This document shows, in pieces, positions 14,485-29,991 of a stretch of 64,000 nucleotides of DNA. The position numbers and the translations under genes were made by a program. The stretch is taken from the NCBI RefSeq assembly GCF_009914755.1, contig NC_060930.1. One strand, given 5' to 3'. Every line of letters starts with the position of its first letter. Positions within the stretch are counted from its first letter, which is position 1. Origin of the DNA: the human T2T-CHM13v2.0 reference genome, Homo sapiens. The notes under the pieces are model-generated. The model ran no database searches, had not been told where the DNA came from, and was given only the letters and a program-made list of their open reading frames with translations.

Positions 14485-17139
14485 TATATATATATATATA
14501 TATATTATATAATATATATTTATAAATATTAATAATATATTTATAAAGATATAAATATATATTATAATTTATAAATATATTATATTTATAATATTTATAT
14601 TTATAATATAATATGTTTATAAATATATTATATATAATATATATAACAAAATTAAACGAATCTAGAGGTTTATGTGTGCTTTTATTATTATTTAATATTC
14701 AAAGTTAAAAAAATTACATTAACTTCCTAAGATTTAATAGCAACTCAAAGTCCTGTATAAATATATTGATCCATTCTTTATAATTACTATGCATCAATAG
14801 TCTAGGCACCCCAAATTCCTGGTGAATGAGTCATTTTAGATAGCCATTTTCTAAGTAATAGAATTCCCCCCCGCCACTAAGAAATAGAAATATTTCAGAA
14901 TTACCTTTTAAACTTCCTTGCCTTATTTAAGCAAGCCTCAGGTAATTGTTATATACTGTACTGCTGCATTGACCTCAGGGTCTATCGAATTTTATTTTTG
15001 CCCCTGCTAATTGATCCCATATTTCTTTGCTGAAAATTCTTGAGCTTGCTTTGTATTTTTCAGTCTTCTTTGTCAGTTGTCATATTTTTCTGTCAGTGTA
15101 TCTACTTTATCTAATTCTAATTTGCTGATGCTAATCTGGCATAAATATGCTTGTTAAGATTGTATAAAGCAAAAGTAAATGAGAACTTGGAAAGGAAATG
15201 ACAGCTTCTTTTTGAGCAAAGAACAAGCATTTTCCTTTATAAATATAAATCTTATTAATATACTGACTGGCTAAGGAGTCAAAATTACTAATTTCCTACT
15301 CTGGCTATCCTATTTTGAATAGAAAAGCTAATTTTCTTACTCTAAGTGCCCCTCTTGACCCAAACTAAGTGTCAAGCAAAAGGGAGTTTTAGGGAAGGCA
15401 AAGAATAAAGCTGTCATGGCTTTCTCCTACACTATCATCAGATTAAGGTGCAGCTTCACCTTAAATTCCACCAGCTGTAGTGTCTGTGTGCAATTTTCCC
15501 TGTTTTCTATGTTCTTCTAAAATGAACTGACTTCTGCTGTGAGGTTCCGTAAACTTATGAACATCAGCTCTTGTTTTCACCCTGCGTCACCCACTGTTCT
15601 AAAATCTGCTTTGATTTTTTTTCTTTTTGGTAAAAATAAGAGCAAGTTCCAGGGGGTTTTAGCTCATTTTTAGCAACATATGCATTAGAGAAGAAGGACT
15701 AATCCTGTTGTGATTCAGGAAAAATAGGCATACCATATATTTAGAGAGTGTCTGGACAGAGTTACTGGATTAAATTGGAGTTAAAGTCTTCATTTGAGTT
15801 TGATGGTGTTTTGTAGTCCAATATACACTGAAATCTTCCTTGGCCTGAAAGCAAGTTAGAAGTAGCTGGGCAATACAATTAGAGATGAGGAAAAAATGTT
15901 TAGAAGAATCACTGGTAATAAACACAAAGTTTTTAAAAAGTTAGAAAGCAAGTCTAGTGATACAAGTTATCATAAAAAAGGTTAAAGTAGAAGTGTAATC
16001 TTCTATTTAATATTTGATATTATTTTTTGTTACCTAACTTAGGGAACACAATTATGAAGTAATTCAAAGGAAATAATAGCTTTAGGGAGCATTAGAAATG
16101 ACATTTAGGTATTGTGTTTGACATGGAAGCATCTGAGAATGTACCACCCCTTTATTTAAAGACAATGTGGCTAAAAATAAGCAGATCATTTTCTGATATG
16201 TATGAAGTTTATTGTTACTGAAGAACTGACTAATTTGCTTCCCATTTTTACCAAGAACGGGATAAATCATATGTAATCTATTCATTATTCTTCTAGAATT
16301 CTTTTTGGATTGTACCTATAAGAGGCAGGGGACTCTAAGAGCCTCATGATTCTATTTTTAAAAGACCAACAAAAAGAATGGAAAGATATGGGCATTTTCT
16401 CTTTTAAATGATACATAAAGAGGAAGATCTTGCTCAATTCTGGATTAAAGATGTTGGTCATTTTCTTCCCATCAGCTATGCTGCTGATGGGGAGCACTGA
16501 CCTCATGCTTTCTCCTTCCCGTTATCTGCAGATAAGTCACTTTTCCATTTCTGAGGGAAGTGCTTAACATATTATATGAAACTACCACAAAGGCTTTGCC
16601 GTTACTGTTTTTAAAACAAAATTATTATATACATATTCATGTAGTTTTGGAACTCTTGTATTTCAGTTTTACTGCAATTTTTTAAAACTACAAAATACAT
16701 GCTTATATGATAACATGTAAATTTTTTTAATGAGAGGAAGACTGATGGTCATGTTTTTATCATTCTTCTTGCCAATCTCTGCCATGAGTAGCTTTGACAA
16801 AAGTGTTTGGCAATTTATTTTTACTAGATATAAATTACACATTGTGCAAATATTTCTTTTGTAAATATGATTAAACCAGGATGATTTTTAAGAATATGTT
16901 GTGCACTAATAGGTTTGAATAATTTTCAGGACACTTAGGCAAACATGGTCACCTATCAGATTATAAGGCTCAAAGTGTTTTCAAATATATCTAAAAACTG
17001 TAGAATTAACTATTACAATGCAAACATTAATTCTAAATCCTCAAATTATTGCCTATTCAGATAATGTAGCCACATGAGTAAATCATGTGAAGTATTCTAA
17101 CAAAGCATGTGTAACTATAAAAAGACACACTGAGTTGGA

Positions 17140-17620
17140 TTTGTGGCAGCAAACCTTAGTGATAAAGAGCACAGAGTGCAAAGTCAGACTGTGAGACCTT
17201 GTGCTAGTTACTTTTCTAGTCTGTGTCTCAGTTTCCTCTTCTGTGAAAGGGGTATTAATAATAGTACTTACCATGTAGAGCTGTTGAGAGGATTGAATTA
17301 GTCCATTTAAAGTGCTTAGAGCAGGGCCTTACCCAGGTAAACTCTACAAAAGTGCTGGCTGTTGAATGATTATGTAAGTGAGAGCGATTGCAACAATAAC
17401 TATGGAATGCCTGTACATTTCTGGGCACCAGGCCAGGCGCTTTATTTATTCAGATTCTCACAACAATCCTTCAAGACAAATAGTATGCACATTTTATAGA
17501 TGAAACTAAAATTCATAGGTTAACTAATTTGGCAAGGTCATATTGCCAGCATCTACTATAGCCATGATTTAAGTTCTGGTCTGTTTGAGTTCAAAGCCTG
17601 ACCCCTTTCTACTAAGTCAT
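17140..17620. mobile_element. Two MIR elements in opposite orientation
   Basis: CTCAGTTTCCTCTTCTGTGAAAGGGG..ATAATAGTACTTACC (+); ATTTTATAGATGAAACT..TTTGGCAAGGTCA (-). Confidence 0.7.
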
Positions 17621-17740
17621 ATTGTAGTTATAAGCTTTGTTATAATCATAAAATTATATGAGAATAGGAGGATACTTTTTCACGCACAGAATATACTGAA
17701 TATTAAAGTAGCTACATCCTCTACAATTGAAAAAATAATT

Positions 17741-18077
<337 letters not shown>

Positions 18078-18687
18078 TCATATTTCATATTATATATTGC
18101 AGTTTTGCCACATCGGCATATATAAATAGACCTTATTTTTTTGTTGTTGAATAATATTTTTCTAGTTTTCATTACTGATAAAAAGTGCTGTGATGAACAT
18201 GACACAGAAGTGCTGTAAGTTTAATATTGCGCTTGTTTTGAATTTAGCAACCTTCTGTTCTTTTTGTGTGTAACTGACTTCATTTATACTTCCTGGGCAA
18301 ATGTCTCCATTATTATAGCAGATCACCACAAAGAGGTGCTTTTACTTCGATTTTGGGGCTCTTTTTTCCTCAGGCATCCCCCTTCTTTCGAAACAAATTC
18401 TGCCCGTTACCTCCTGTTTTGTGGTTCACAGACTCTCTTTCACCAGCAGAATTCTATGAGAAAAGACTCCCTGGTTTCTCACCTTTCTGCTACCTTTACA
18501 CTTTATTCTTCCCTGCCTCCAATACCATGTCTGATTTTTGGCCCTCCTCTTCATCTATTCCTTAGGACAACTTAGTTACAGAGTAGGAATGAAAGCAGAA
18601 CAGGTACAAGGAGTTTGGGGTAAGGATAAAGTCATGAATCGTCGTGAATTTAATGTGTTAAGGGAAGCAGTCATGATAACAGTAGTT

Positions 18688-19004
18688 GTTTTTTGTTGTT
18701 GTTGATTTTGTTGTAGTTTTGAGATGGGCTCTTGCTCTGTCACTCAGGCTCCAGTGCAGTGGCGTGATCACCACTCACTGCAGCCTGGACTTCCTGGGCT
18801 CAAGTGATCCTCCCTCCTCAGCCTCCTGAATGGCTGGGACTACAGGCATGTGCCACCATGCCTGGCTAATTTAAAATTTTTTTTTGTAGAGATGAGTTCT
18901 CACTATGTTGCCTAGGCTGGTCTTGAACTCCTGAGCTCAAGTGATCCTCCTGGCTTCGTTTCCCAAAGTGCTAGGATTACAAGTGTGAGCCACCATGCCT
19001 GGTC
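18688..19004 (-). mobile_element. AluJ
   Basis: GGGCTCAAGTGATCCTCC J-type diagnostics; TSD ATAACA(G/A)TAGTT at 18676-18687 and 19005-19016. Confidence 0.92.
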
Positions 19005-19047
19005 ATAACAATAGTTTTTATCTGTTTTGTTAAAAATGTACAAATGT

Positions 19048-19360
<313 letters not shown>

Positions 19361-21099
19361 TTACTTGAGACTGCTAGTCTTTAGCAGTCAGATTCTTCAA
19401 ACAAAAACTTAGTTTCAAAGGAATGAAAATTGTCTGTGTAGTTTCCTATACCAAAAATTTGAGTTTAATAAAGAGGAAATATTACTTTACGTCTACCGTC
19501 AATAACAGCATAATAGAGTAATAGATACATCTTTAATTTGATTAAGTAGTATTCCTGATCTAATGATATGGGAAGGTCATTACCTATGTACATGGAATAA
19601 TGTTTAGTTTTATATTACAAACCAGGCAAAATGAGTGCATATAATTAGAAAGTGAAGTTATATCATCACAAAATATCAAGAAGATGTTTCATCAAGACTA
19701 ACACTATTAAATGAGGAAATGTTTATGGACATTCATAGTTTAATATATGAGTTCTGTGAGGGGAAATACATAAGGTGGACAATGTTATGTGTAAATAAAT
19801 GCAACCATTAGAATAGAATATTAGAGCTATATAATTAGCTGAATGTGTAATATGCTAATACTGAATATTTAACTCATCTTAATTCTGTGTCGAAGTGGAG
19901 AAAATCAATTTAGAAAACAGAGTTTAATGGTCATTATACTCCCCTTTTTTGAAGACATATTTCTTCACTGAGCACTTTAGTTTCCCTGTGGAATGTTTGT
20001 GAACATTTAAAAGATTCAAACTGTGATTACTACATTAAAAACAAAGGTCTTTTAGGTGTAATTCCTTTGCAAGCAATTAGACTATATTAACAGAAGAACA
20101 TGAGTTTTTAGTTTAACCTCTGGTACTTTTTGTGAACATTTATTAAAACACATAGGTATGTTATTAAGATACTATTTGCCATAGAACAAAATTCTAAGCT
20201 AGTCTTTACTGAATGTTATATTACAGGCTTTAGATGCTGAATTATCTCATTATAAGGGGCTTTACTTAAGGCAACATGACATTACAAATTCCAATAATAG
20301 TTCTATAGGAGACTTACAATAATAAATACATGCATATAAATATTCATGAATTATATGCCAATATACATGTATGTGCATTTATTTACAAGGATAACACGTC
20401 TGATATCCTTGTGGGTTGTTTGGAGCAGCACTATGTTAAGAAGTTAACATTATCAGTTAAGTCTTGGCCAGGGGCTGTTTTTGTTCCAGATTGTTGGATG
20501 GTCATAAGAGGGACAGGGAATGAATTGGTTCAGAATTATTGCTTCACCTGGTAAATTTTAAACTAATGCCCACTATTTCCCAGAAACTATGGGTAATAGG
20601 TATATGATTATTACAGGAAAATAAGTAAATGACTATTACAGGAAATTACTATTTAAATAGGTAAATGATTGTTACAGGAAAATTTTTTGTATACCCTAGT
20701 AATAATTTTTCAAAAGTTTTTGAACATTTATAATGTTCAAAACATATATATGTATTTTTGTTCCAAACTTTTGATCGTGGTACTGTTGACATATTTGTAT
20801 AACACCAATAAGTGAACAAAAATCCTTTTCAGGTTGAGCATTCATTCATTCAACCATATTTTAAAAACACCTTTATTTATATGTAGTCAAATTAATCTTT
20901 TTCTTTATAATTTTCTCCATTACTTTTGGAGAAAAGCCTTTTTCTCACAGAGTTCAGATAATTATTCTTATGTATTATCTCTAAAGTTTTCATTTTTGAC
21001 TTTTTGCATTTAACTCTAATCATCTGGAATGTTTTGAAATATGTGCAAAATTGGGTACTAATACATCCCTAATATTATTATAAAAAAGTAGAGCTGTAT

Positions 21100-21580
21100 A
21101 TACAGTATTTGGCACTGAGCACTCTGCTAGGCTCATAACTGGTGCTCAACACATTTTCTGAATCCACCCATCTACTTTCCCAAATCCAACCAGGGAATAT
21201 ACTCAGTCAGTGTCCCAGAAAATAAACATCTGACCTAAGAAGGGCCCAGTTCTTGATGCCAAGGCACTCGCCAAAAAGAAAAGGAGGAGATGCAAACAAA
21301 TGACTCTAATATAACTTTGGTGAGACAAGAGGACAGAGAAACCTTCAAAGGGGGCATTCAACAATGCTACCTGAGATATGAGTTGAAGTTTATTAAATGA
21401 GTGGAAGAGAAATGACTCTCCAGGAAGAATGTACCTAAAAGAGTCTGGTGTGTTCAGGGGCTTCTCAGAAGCACAGCAGGATGCTGACATGGCTGACAGG
21501 AGGTGGAGGATGGAAAGAAGGCCTAGGCCAGATAATGAAAGAAGTGGCAAGCCGTGCTGAGGATTTTGGTCTAGAATTTC
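21100..21580 (-). mobile_element. L2 fragment
   Basis: GCACTGAGCACTCTGCTAGG...ACCTGAGATATGAGTTGAAG...GCCGTGCTGAGGATTTTGG. Confidence 0.55.
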
Positions 21581-24559
21581 TTGTATATACTAGGATGCTA
21601 GTAGCATAGTTCATTCAGACTTTTTGATTCTTACATTTCTAGTACAATTTTTAGAGTGGGTATAAAATATCTTTCATGCAGTTTTGTGTCTGAATCATTA
21701 ACAGTTCATAATACTCTTGGTTAGTCTGAAATTACTAGAGTACTTAATTTATAGTAATGCTTAGATCATGTGGGTTGAAAAAATTTGCTTGCCTTCCCCC
21801 ATTGATATTTTTACTTATGTATGGGTCTATTTACTTAAATATTTGGGAGCATACTTTTGTAGCATACTCATGGAGTAGAAATATGGTTTTGCAACATGGG
21901 ACTATGCCATATAACTTGTTTTTGCTCTGAAGCAGAAAACTATAATGAACTGTACCAAGACCATTTTACTTTATTCACAAGTTTTACAAACATACTTGAC
22001 ACCATTAATATTTATTAAGCATGCTTGGCAAACCACGAACTTTGTCAACAATCTAAACTGAAGGCTTGCTAAGTATTACTTGGGCATATCTGAATAATGG
22101 GACTTCATCTAATTTGTTCTCATTAACAGATGGAATGAGGAAGTTTTCACCTTTAATATGTATCTACTATAAACAAAGAGTATGTTTATATATACATAGT
22201 CTCTGAAGATTGTCTACTTATACATTTGCCTCAAGATAACACATGATTGACTGTTCCAGTTGAATCTTATTAGAGAATGAATCATTATATTTGCATGGGT
22301 TGTTTTGTTTTTGGGCTCTGAGAATTTTCCTGTGAAAAAAGCACTGATGTTCAAGTAGGCATGGCTGATACACTGTGTTAGAATGGGGGAAATGGGGAAG
22401 TTGAATGTTAAAGAGGGACTCCCAGAAGGCTGGGAGAAAATACAAGTTAAGGGAAGAAAGTTTGGAAGAAGGAGCTGCATTGAAACAGAGGGGTGGCAGA
22501 GGAGAGTGGTTCTATGGATAAAGTCATTGCTGTTATTTAAACTTACTTCAACCCAGCTATTCCGCTCCTTAAGAGAAAGTCTATGAGCATGTAAAATTAA
22601 ATGATACTACAGCCTAGTATCTCCTTATGGGCACCTCTAAAAGATCCTGACATAATGGAGAGGAAGCCATTTTGTTTCTCATTTCTTGGTAGAATGATGG
22701 CCAGCTCTTGAGCAGAGTAGTGGGCTAGCATTAATGATATGGGTAGCTGCCTGAACACTGGGCAAGATTTCTGCTCATTTATGGGCCTAGGAAGGGAGTA
22801 GACTGTATGGAGTGGTTCTGGAACCTTGTAGCAGAAATGGTATATTCAGATGCTAGAATGTGGCCTGGAAGTGGTGGGTCACTGGAGTGGTACAAATGGA
22901 ACCTCAGATGTTTGTGAATGTTGGTCTACAATAACAAATGATGACAAAGCTGCAAATTGAACTTGCCTGATTTGTGACTGAGGTATTGGGAACTGATTCT
23001 GTTGGGAATTCTGAAATAATTGAGAACTGAGATGAGAAATATATTCAAACTGTGAAAACTGGTGTGGCATATTGATATTATCCCATTAGTAACCCTGTGC
23101 TGAAGAGGGCTTGGAATACTTGGGTCACACACTGATTTGACCATTATCTTTACAAACGTCAGTTGGAGTTTTCAGTCAATGGCTAGGCCAGACATAAATA
23201 ACTGTATAAATCAGGAAGGTTTATTTATTGCAAAAAGTGCTTTTCAACCATGTTTACATCATAGAATGCATAGAAGATGATGTATTTGTTTGGTATCCAG
23301 GAGTAAAATGGAGGAGGTTTGGAAGAGCATTTCCATGAGGCTTAGTTAAGAAAAAATTGTTTTCTTTATGTTATATAACAATGAAGGGAGAACTAAATAA
23401 AAAAAATTAGGACAAAATTGCATGTATGTCTAACTTTCAAATAAATGTTATTGAACATTTTAATAAACTTGACTTGCTTTAATGAACTCATAGTTTCTGA
23501 TCAAAACATTTTAATGATAATTTCTTTAATACTTGATACTATAAATAAGAAACTTTTAAAACTATTTTTTTCAACAATCCAAATTTTTCAACTGTTACAA
23601 GTGAGAATTTGAAGAATTCTACAGCTCTTCTTTTCTTTCAGTGTCAAATGTAATGCTAAAATTTCTTGTGAATTCAAATGCACTTCAATTCCACCTGCAC
23701 TTTTTTATATCAAAGATTTCAAAAGAACAGTCAAACTCTAATTGCAGAATATACATGCATTTTTACTCCATAGTCAGTTTGAATGCCCCTAGGTGGCCAC
23801 AAAGTCATAAACTCACAAAAGTATTGGATATATGGAAACACAGAAATTTGGAGTCAGATTTAAAGCTGCGTCGTTCAGTAGTTCTCCCAGCCCACCTCTG
23901 AAAATTGTTCCCTGAGCTGTGTTTCTTCACTTCTGGAGTGTGAACTCTTCCATCAGCTTCACAGGCCTCTTGAGCAAGGCTGGTGGTAATTTGGTCTGCC
24001 CCAGGCTGCTAAAGCAGATATCCAGGTAATAGATCACCTCCCTAGGGAAACTCATGATGCCACAGAGGAGCAATAAGTGTAGCACATGTCATTTCTTGTG
24101 CACCCATCTGAGGGTATCATAGGGTGAGCCTAACCCTAACCTCTAACTTTTCTCCAAGAAGTCCTGGAAAATGCTTATTGAGGTCAAAGCCATCCAATGG
24201 GGAACTCCAACCCCAAGGCCCAAGTGGATCAGGCCTTCTGCATACACTTTTAAGCCACAGAATGCATATCAGTGTTCTGCAGTTCAACAGGTGGGAAACT
24301 AATCTAAATCCTACATGGGAGAGTAACACAACAGAAATATTAGCAGTTTTCTCCAGTGATAGATTAAGATGTTTCTGTGTCTCCCCAAAATACTTCACAC
24401 ATTTGCAGATGATAGGTCTGGATTAAGAAGAGTCAGTTTAGAGCTTGAAGAAGTGCAAATGCTCCCCTTATGGCCTGACCTTAAATACAAAAGGCTAAAG
24501 TGTTCCAAAAGACAACTTTGCCAGAACATGGGCCCCAGCACATTAATCTCAGAATTACA

Positions 24560-24626
24560 GGCCAGACACCATGGCTCACACCTGTAACCTCAGCATTTTG
24601 GGAGGCAATGTCTCTCAAAAAAAAAA
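24560..24626 (+). mobile_element. Internally deleted mini-Alu (first ~47 nt + terminal TCTC + A-tail)
   Basis: GGCCAGACACCATGGCTCACACCTGTAACCTCAGCATTTTGGGAGGC|AATGTCTCTC(A)n; 15-bp TSD AATCTCA(G/A)AATTACA. Confidence 0.85.
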
Positions 24627-26029
24627 AATCTCAAAATTACATACATAATATGTGGCATACAGTGTACTTGGCCCTGAATAAACTCCTTGGCCATTGTTCT
24701 CAGCCTCCTAGTGGGACACAGATTGGATCAAATACAATTAATTCAGTGGAATTTGAGCAAGTGGCAGCAAGATTTCTGGGATTCCTTTTCATATGTTGTG
24801 AGACAAGCCAAAGGCCAATTGTGTACAACACATGATCTGTACAATTTCTGGAAAACAGTTCAAAATATAGCTGGAACTGGCTATCATAAAGATTATTGTA
24901 CGCAGTATTTGGGAGAATTTTCTGGTCTCTTAAATATCCTGTATTTTTCCTCTTTTGTGGACACAATGAGAAAAGGGGGAAATGCGAAGATTGAGATATC
25001 TTTTTACTTAACGTTTCAATGCGTAGATTTAATTAAGTTTGATTATTAAAATGTAGACAATATCAAGATGAATTTAGAAGCAGTGGATTATGTTAAATGT
25101 GCATTAGTCTTTCCATAGAAATGGATACTCACAGGACATTGAGGAAACTCATTTCCTGAGGAGACAAAAAATGGTTTGTCAAATGTCTTATAAATGTTGG
25201 TGTCTCAAATCTGAATGCAGCCAGGAGTTGCTTCTGGCAACTGCAAGATTTTAACATCACTTGTCTGTAAAGTTGGCTTATGCCCTGGAGCCAAGGCACA
25301 TTCTGCTTCCTTGCTCCTCTGAACTTTCCAGGTTAATTAAAAACTATAATTATCACTGTTTCAGCAGCTTGCATGCTATAAAATGAGCTATAACAAGTGA
25401 TTAATTGAAAAGTAGAGGGTTATTTCAGAAGTCTTAAGTCAAGAGGGAATGTACCTCCTTCACTACCAAAACAGTACAAAAATTAGTTCACACGGGGCAA
25501 GCGTAAGTGGGCCCACAGATGTCTGCCAGTCCCCTTGTCTTGGAAAACTTGAGATCCATCCTTCTTCAGACCAATTCCCTATTCTGATTCTGACCTCACG
25601 AGCATCAGCCATAAAGGAATCACTAAAGGGTGCCTGCGATTCTGCAAATAGAGTATAGAGTCCTGTAGTGCCCCTAAAGTAGAAGGATCAAAGTGTGGGC
25701 CCCTACTCACATCATTCCCTTGCCCTTCTCCCCATTGCAACAGCAGGTAAATCCTACATTCTGAGAATGTGCTGGGTTTTTGCTCTTAATTGGCAAGTGG
25801 TTGTTATTTTTGAGACTTATTTAATGTTCCCAGGGTTTGTGAACTGTCCTTTTTGCTTGGTGGGGGACAATTCCAATGTGCATCTTTTTCCAATCAAACG
25901 AAACCTAAATGATTTGTGTTAGTATACTCTTACAAACATCTGCCTTTCAAATAAAAGTTCCTAAGGACAATGACTTCTCCTTTGATAGAGTAAACTCAAT
26001 TCTAAGGGCTTTTCATCATTCTGATTTCA

Positions 26030-26292
26030 AATCAAATGTTTCTTTTCTGTGAACTCTTTCATAACTCTCCAGATAAAGATAATTGTCCTTGCCTCTGTAC
26101 TCCAAATCTTGTCCCTTTGTATATATTTCTGTAATAATGTTTACCATACTAAACTGCAGTGATTTGTTTATATTCTTTTTTGTTTCATTAGGCTGTGAAC
26201 TCCTAATGGGCAGTACCTTGTTTTTCTTTGTATTTTCAGGGTCTAGCACTAGAGAGGAATAATAAGGACTTAATTAGTGAAAGAATGAATAA
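26030..26292 (+). mobile_element. L2 3' end
   Basis: TTAGGCTGTGAACTCCTAATGGGCAG...TCTAGCAC...GAATGAATAA. Confidence 0.65.
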
Positions 26293-27409
26293 CCAATCTG
26301 TAATGAATCTTAACCAAAGAATTTTAGTTTCTTAGGTGCTAAGTAACTACTTTAAAGTTACCAAGGCATGAAGTGTAAGAACATTGCTCTATCAATGTAT
26401 CAGTATTTTGTTTATAGATTATAAATTTATATGCCAAGGAAGATATTAGATCCTAAAGTTCCTCTCCTACTTTCTATTCGAAATACTGGAATTCTTATAT
26501 CTTATTTTAATGATTATATTAGATTTAGGACCTTGAATGATTTTCTGATATGCAAAGTAATGCCTGAATATACTGTCATCATCGGACTTACATAGGAGAT
26601 AATGTAGGGCTTAGCACTTGGGGTTCGATGGATTATAATTCTAATATCAAATATATTAAAAGTGGACTACTAATCTCTACTTTATATAATTTGGTAAAAA
26701 TTACTTTCTTAAGGAGATACTGCAAATCAGAATTTAAAAATCAATTTTTAAGAGTTTATTCTGAACTCCTTCTGAAAAACTAAGCCATAAGCTATATTAT
26801 TTTTTAATAATTCTAAGGAATTACTCAGATTACAGATAAAAAATAAAATAATAGTTTGAGTTTTTTCCTTCCCCTTTCTCTTATACTTGTTTTTAAGTAA
26901 GATCTCTCACAGATATCTAAATTTTTTTTGAGAGAATTGCCAAATAATGGGGGATTGATCACCTATCATAGGTATGATATAGGCTGAAGCTTTGTATTTC
27001 TTTAGGCAAAAATATTATTCCTAAAGTGCTCATGCTTCCCTTTTCCTGACATTATCTGTTTACAAATATGATTTTATTTTCCATTTGGTTGGATCATAGT
27101 TGAATCATATATTCAGATTGAAGATTATAGAATGAAATCAAAAGCATCTGCAAATACAAGCAAGACAATGAATAATTAACAAAAGGAGAAACCTTGATCT
27201 TCAAAGTGCTTTCAAGTAGAGATTTAAAAATAAGGTTTTACTTATAGAAAGATGAAGCTGAACTACTACTGTGGAATCTCTTTATTTCAAAACCTCAAAT
27301 TCAGGTTATTTTTGGAAAATCTTTTTTTTTTTTTTTTTACTTTTTTGCCATTATTGAAATTGAATTATTGTGGTTTAAATTCTTATGGTGATTTATTCTT
27401 GGGTTCCAG

Positions 27410-27770
27410 ATGGTGATAAGGAGTTCCAGGCCTATATACTCCTAGGTTCAAGTTCAGCTGGAAGAATCACATGCCTGTCTTTTGGTATACATAGCAAAAT
27501 CCACAGACTAGATCCCATTGGCACTGAAAAAGTCATGTTCCATTTCTGAGCCAGCCCTAAGACTAAAGGAATGAGCTCCTTTGACTACTAAGATTAGAGT
27601 TATATGCATCATCCCTGGAATTAGTAGTAAATTCACTTCTACAAGAAGCATATAGATTCAAGCAGAGCAGTGCATGATCCCTCATACAAAGATCAGGATT
27701 GTATAATGTCCTGGGATTACCAGAAGGTGAATGAGACATTACATAGAAAATACAATAGATTCCCACTACA
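27410..27770 (-). mobile_element. Old MLT1 (I/J/K-like) LTR fragment
   Basis: TTCCAGGCCTATATACTCC..GGTTCAAGTTCAG; terminus ...CCCACTACA. Confidence 0.5.
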
Positions 27771-29991
27771 AAGAGATTACAGGTCTGCCTTGCTTTATTG
27801 TACTTCCTAGATTTTTTTTAACTGATCAAAGAAAGGTTTGTGGAACCCTGTGTCAAACAAGACTGTTGGTGCCTTGTTTCCAACAGCATGTACTTACTTC
27901 ATGTTTTTGTGTTATATTTTGGTAATTCTTGCAATATTTCTAACTATTATTATTATATCTGTTATGATGATCTGTGACCAGTGATTTTTGATGTTGCTAT
28001 GTAATTATTTTGGAGCACCACAAGCTGCACCCATATACGATGGCAAACTTAATTGATAAATACTGTATGTGTTTTGACTGCTCTACTCACCAGCCATTCC
28101 CATCTCTCTCCTTCTCTTCAGCCCCCCCATTTCCCTACATACAACAATATTGAAATTAGGCCTATTAATAGCCCTACAATGGCCTATAAGTGTTCAAGTG
28201 AAAGGAAGAGTCACATATCTCTGACTTTAAATCAAGATCTAGAAATGATTAAGCTTAGTGAGGAAGGCATGTCAAAAGCCGAGACAGGCTGAAAGCTAGG
28301 TGTCTTGTGCCAAACAGCCAAGTTGTGAATGCAAAGGATAAGTTCTTGAAGGAAATGAAAAGTTCTACTCCAGTGAACTCATGAATGATAAGAAAATGAA
28401 GCAGCCTTACTGCTGATATGGAGAAAGTTTTAGTGGTCTGAATGGAAGATCAAACCAGCCACACTATTCCCTTAAAGCAAAAGCTAATCCAGAGCAGGGC
28501 CCTAAATCTCTTCAATTCTATGAGAGCTGAGAGAGGTGAGAGAGCTACAGAAGAAAAGTTGGAAACTAGCAGAGTTGGTTCATGAGGTTAAAGGAAAGAA
28601 GCCATCTCTATAACGTAAAAGTGCAAGATGAAGCAGCAAGTGCTAATGGAGAAGCTTTAGCATTGTCCAGAATATTTAGTTAAAATCATTGGTGAAGGTG
28701 GCTACATTAAACAACAGCTTTCAATGTAGATGAAATAGCAATGAGCCTTCTACTGGAAGAAGATGCCATCTATGACCTTCATAGCTGGAGAAAAGGTAAT
28801 GACTGGCATCACATCTTTGAAGGACAGGCTTACTCTTATTAAGGGCTAGTGCAGCTGGTAGCGTTAAGTTGAATTTAATGCTCATTTACCATTCAAAAAA
28901 TTCTAGGGCCCTTAAAAATTATGCTAAATCTACTCTGCTTTTGCTCTATAAATGGAACAACGAAGCCTGGATTGCAGCACATTATTTATAGCATGGGTTA
29001 CTGAACATTTTAAACCTACTATTGAGAGGTACTGCTCAGAAAAGAAAAGATGCCTTTCAAAATATTACTACTCATTGGCAATGCACCTAGCCACCCAAGA
29101 GCTCTGATGGAGATCTGCAAAGGGATTAATGATGTTTTCATGCTTGCTAAAACAACATTCTGTAGCCCATGGATCAAAGAGTAGTTTCAACTTTCACATT
29201 TTATTATTTAATAAATACATTTAAAAAAACTTTTAAGTTCAGGGGTACATGAACTTAAAATGTTACATGGGTAAAGTTGTGTCGTGGGGGTTTGTTTTAC
29301 AGATTATTTTGTCACCCAGGTGTTAAGCCTAGTACTCATTAGTTATGTTTCCTGCTCTTGTCCCTCCTTTCACCCTCCACCCTCCAGTAGGCCACCATGT
29401 CTGTTGTTTCCCTATATGTGTGCATGTGTTCTCATTTTTTAGCTCCCAACTATAAGTGAGAACGTGCAATATTTGGTTTTCTGTTCCTGCCTTAGTTTGC
29501 TAAGGATAACGGCCTCCAGCTCCATCCATGTTCCTGCAAAGGACATGACATAATTCTTTTATATAGCTGCATAGTATTCCGTGGTGTATATGTACTATAT
29601 TTTCTTTATCCAGTCTACCATTGATGGGCATTTAGGTTGATTCCATGTTTTTGCTATTGTGAATAATGCTGCAATGAATGTATGTGTGCATGTGTCTTTA
29701 TGATAGAATGATTTATACTCCTTTGGGTATATACCCAGTAATGAGATTGCTGAGTTGAACAGTATTTCTGTTTTTAGGTCTTTGAGGAATCGCCACACTG
29801 TTTTCCACAAAGGTCAAACTAATTTACACTCCCACCAACAATGTGTAAGTGTTCCTTTTTCTCTGCACCCTTACCAGCATCTGTTTTGTTTTGTTTTGTT
29901 TTGTTTAACTTTTTAATAGCTATTCTGACTGGTGTGAGATTGGTATCTCATTGTGGTTTTGATTTTCATTTCTCTTATGATCAGTGTTGAA

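Noticed and set aside
16468-16491. 9-bp hairpin CCCATCAGC/GCTGATGGG
   Set aside because: Too short for a miRNA precursor and expected by chance in 64 kb.
20600-20745. Three short direct repeats (TAAATGA.T.TTACAGGAAA) and an 11-bp quasi-palindrome
   Set aside because: Irregular spacing, ordinary slippage products, not CRISPR-like.
23784-23800. Second CTCF-like motif ATGCCCCTAGGTGGCCA
   Set aside because: Mismatches at informative positions in both orientations.
24129-24147. CCTAACCCTAACCTCTAAC telomere-like repeat
   Set aside because: Only about three imperfect units, not enough for an interstitial telomere.
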